Made by a program: the position numbers and the translations under genes. Shown here in pieces: positions 63,037 to 64,000 of a DNA stretch of 64,000 bases. A model generated the notes under the pieces. It did no database searches. It had not been told where the DNA came from and saw only the letters and a list, made by a program, of their open reading frames with translations. Source of the stretch: Malacoraja senta (Eukaryota); NCBI GenBank assembly GCA_038087875.1, contig CM075990.1, positions 12,092,001 through 12,156,000 on the forward strand, written 5' to 3'. Numbering within the stretch: the first letter of the stretch is position 1; each line of letters opens with the position of its first letter.

Positions 63037-64000
63037 TTAGAGAGCAGGAGGCTGAGGAGAGATCATATAGAGTTGTATAAAATCCTGAGGGGAATAGATA
63101 TATTGAATGTACAGAGTCTTTTTCCCAAGGTAACGAATCAAGAACTCGAGGGAATGGGTTTATGGTGAAAGCAGAAAGATTTAACAGGAAGCTCAGTTTA
63201 GATTTTTTAGTTATAGCATGGAAACAAGCTCTTCGACGCACCGGGTCCATGCCAACCCATGCACGAGTTCTGTCCGACACACTTGGGACAATTTATAGAA
63301 GGCAATTAACCTACAAACCTGTACGTCTTTGGAATGTGAGAGGAAAAAGGAGCAGTCGGAGTAAACCCACACAGTAACAGGGAGAAAGTACAAACTCCGT
63401 ACAGACAGCACCCGCAGTCAGGATCGAACCCCAGTCTCTGGTGCTGCAAGGCAGCAACTCTACCGCTGCGCCAATGTGCTGCCCCGAGTGGCAACTTTTA
63501 CATGCGGAGGGTGGTGGGTACATGGAATGAGCTGCCACAGGAAATAGTTGAGGCAGGAAACAATAAAAGAATGTAACAGACACTTGGGGCAGGTTCATGG
63601 ATAGGAACGGTTTGGAGGGCCATAGGGCAGACGCAGGCAGATGGGACGAGCTGGGATGGGGCATCTTGGTCGGCATGGGCGAAATGGGCTGAAGGGCCTT
63701 TTTCCCTGCTGTACGACTCTATGATTCTAAGTGCCCACTGTTCCTCCACTACTGCCTGAACGGTTGATCTTTTCCTGCTGGTGATGTCTTCATTTTGTAT
63801 TCCTGGCATCCACAGTGTTTTGCCTCGGGTACTCGTGTGCTGTCTCAGCTCATAGTCCTAAACTGCAATGTGCTCCTCGCTGGGGAATCGGAGGCATTGT
63901 GACTCCTCATGCAGTCTGATTGCTTTGGCTCGTGATAGTGAATGATGTCCCCAAACCTTGGTGCCTTGGTGTTGCAAATGAAAGGGTAAAAGGCTAATGT

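Overview
Vertebrate genomic DNA, very probably a cartilaginous fish (skate/ray; inferred from HE1/V-SINE-like and CR1/HER1-like repeats). The window lies inside the cadherin-23 (CDH23) gene on the + strand. It holds three small coding exons (35313-35455, 40376-40423, 42163-42255) that match human exons 4-6 in length, phase and sequence. The rest is repeat-dense intron: one apparently intact full-length L1, two truncated L1s, many CR1, Rex1/Babar and Penelope fragments, about 18 tRNA-derived SINEs and about 9 PIF/Harbinger-type MITEs. The main finding is three unrelated-looking, TSD-flanked mini-retroposons of about 140-190 bp (31075-31243 +, 26750-26939 -, 37703-38372 -). Each starts at, or within 1 nt of, the cleavage site of an HDV/CPEB3-like ribozyme fold and ends in an (AAG)n tail. 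Stem sequences differ between copies but still pair, while the catalytic core stays conserved. Other notable items: Penelope-derived repeats with minimal hammerhead cores, an inverted copy of CDH23 exon 6 about 14 kb upstream, and a duplicated structured element in the L1 inter-ORF spacer. All calls are by eye; no searches or folding programs were run.
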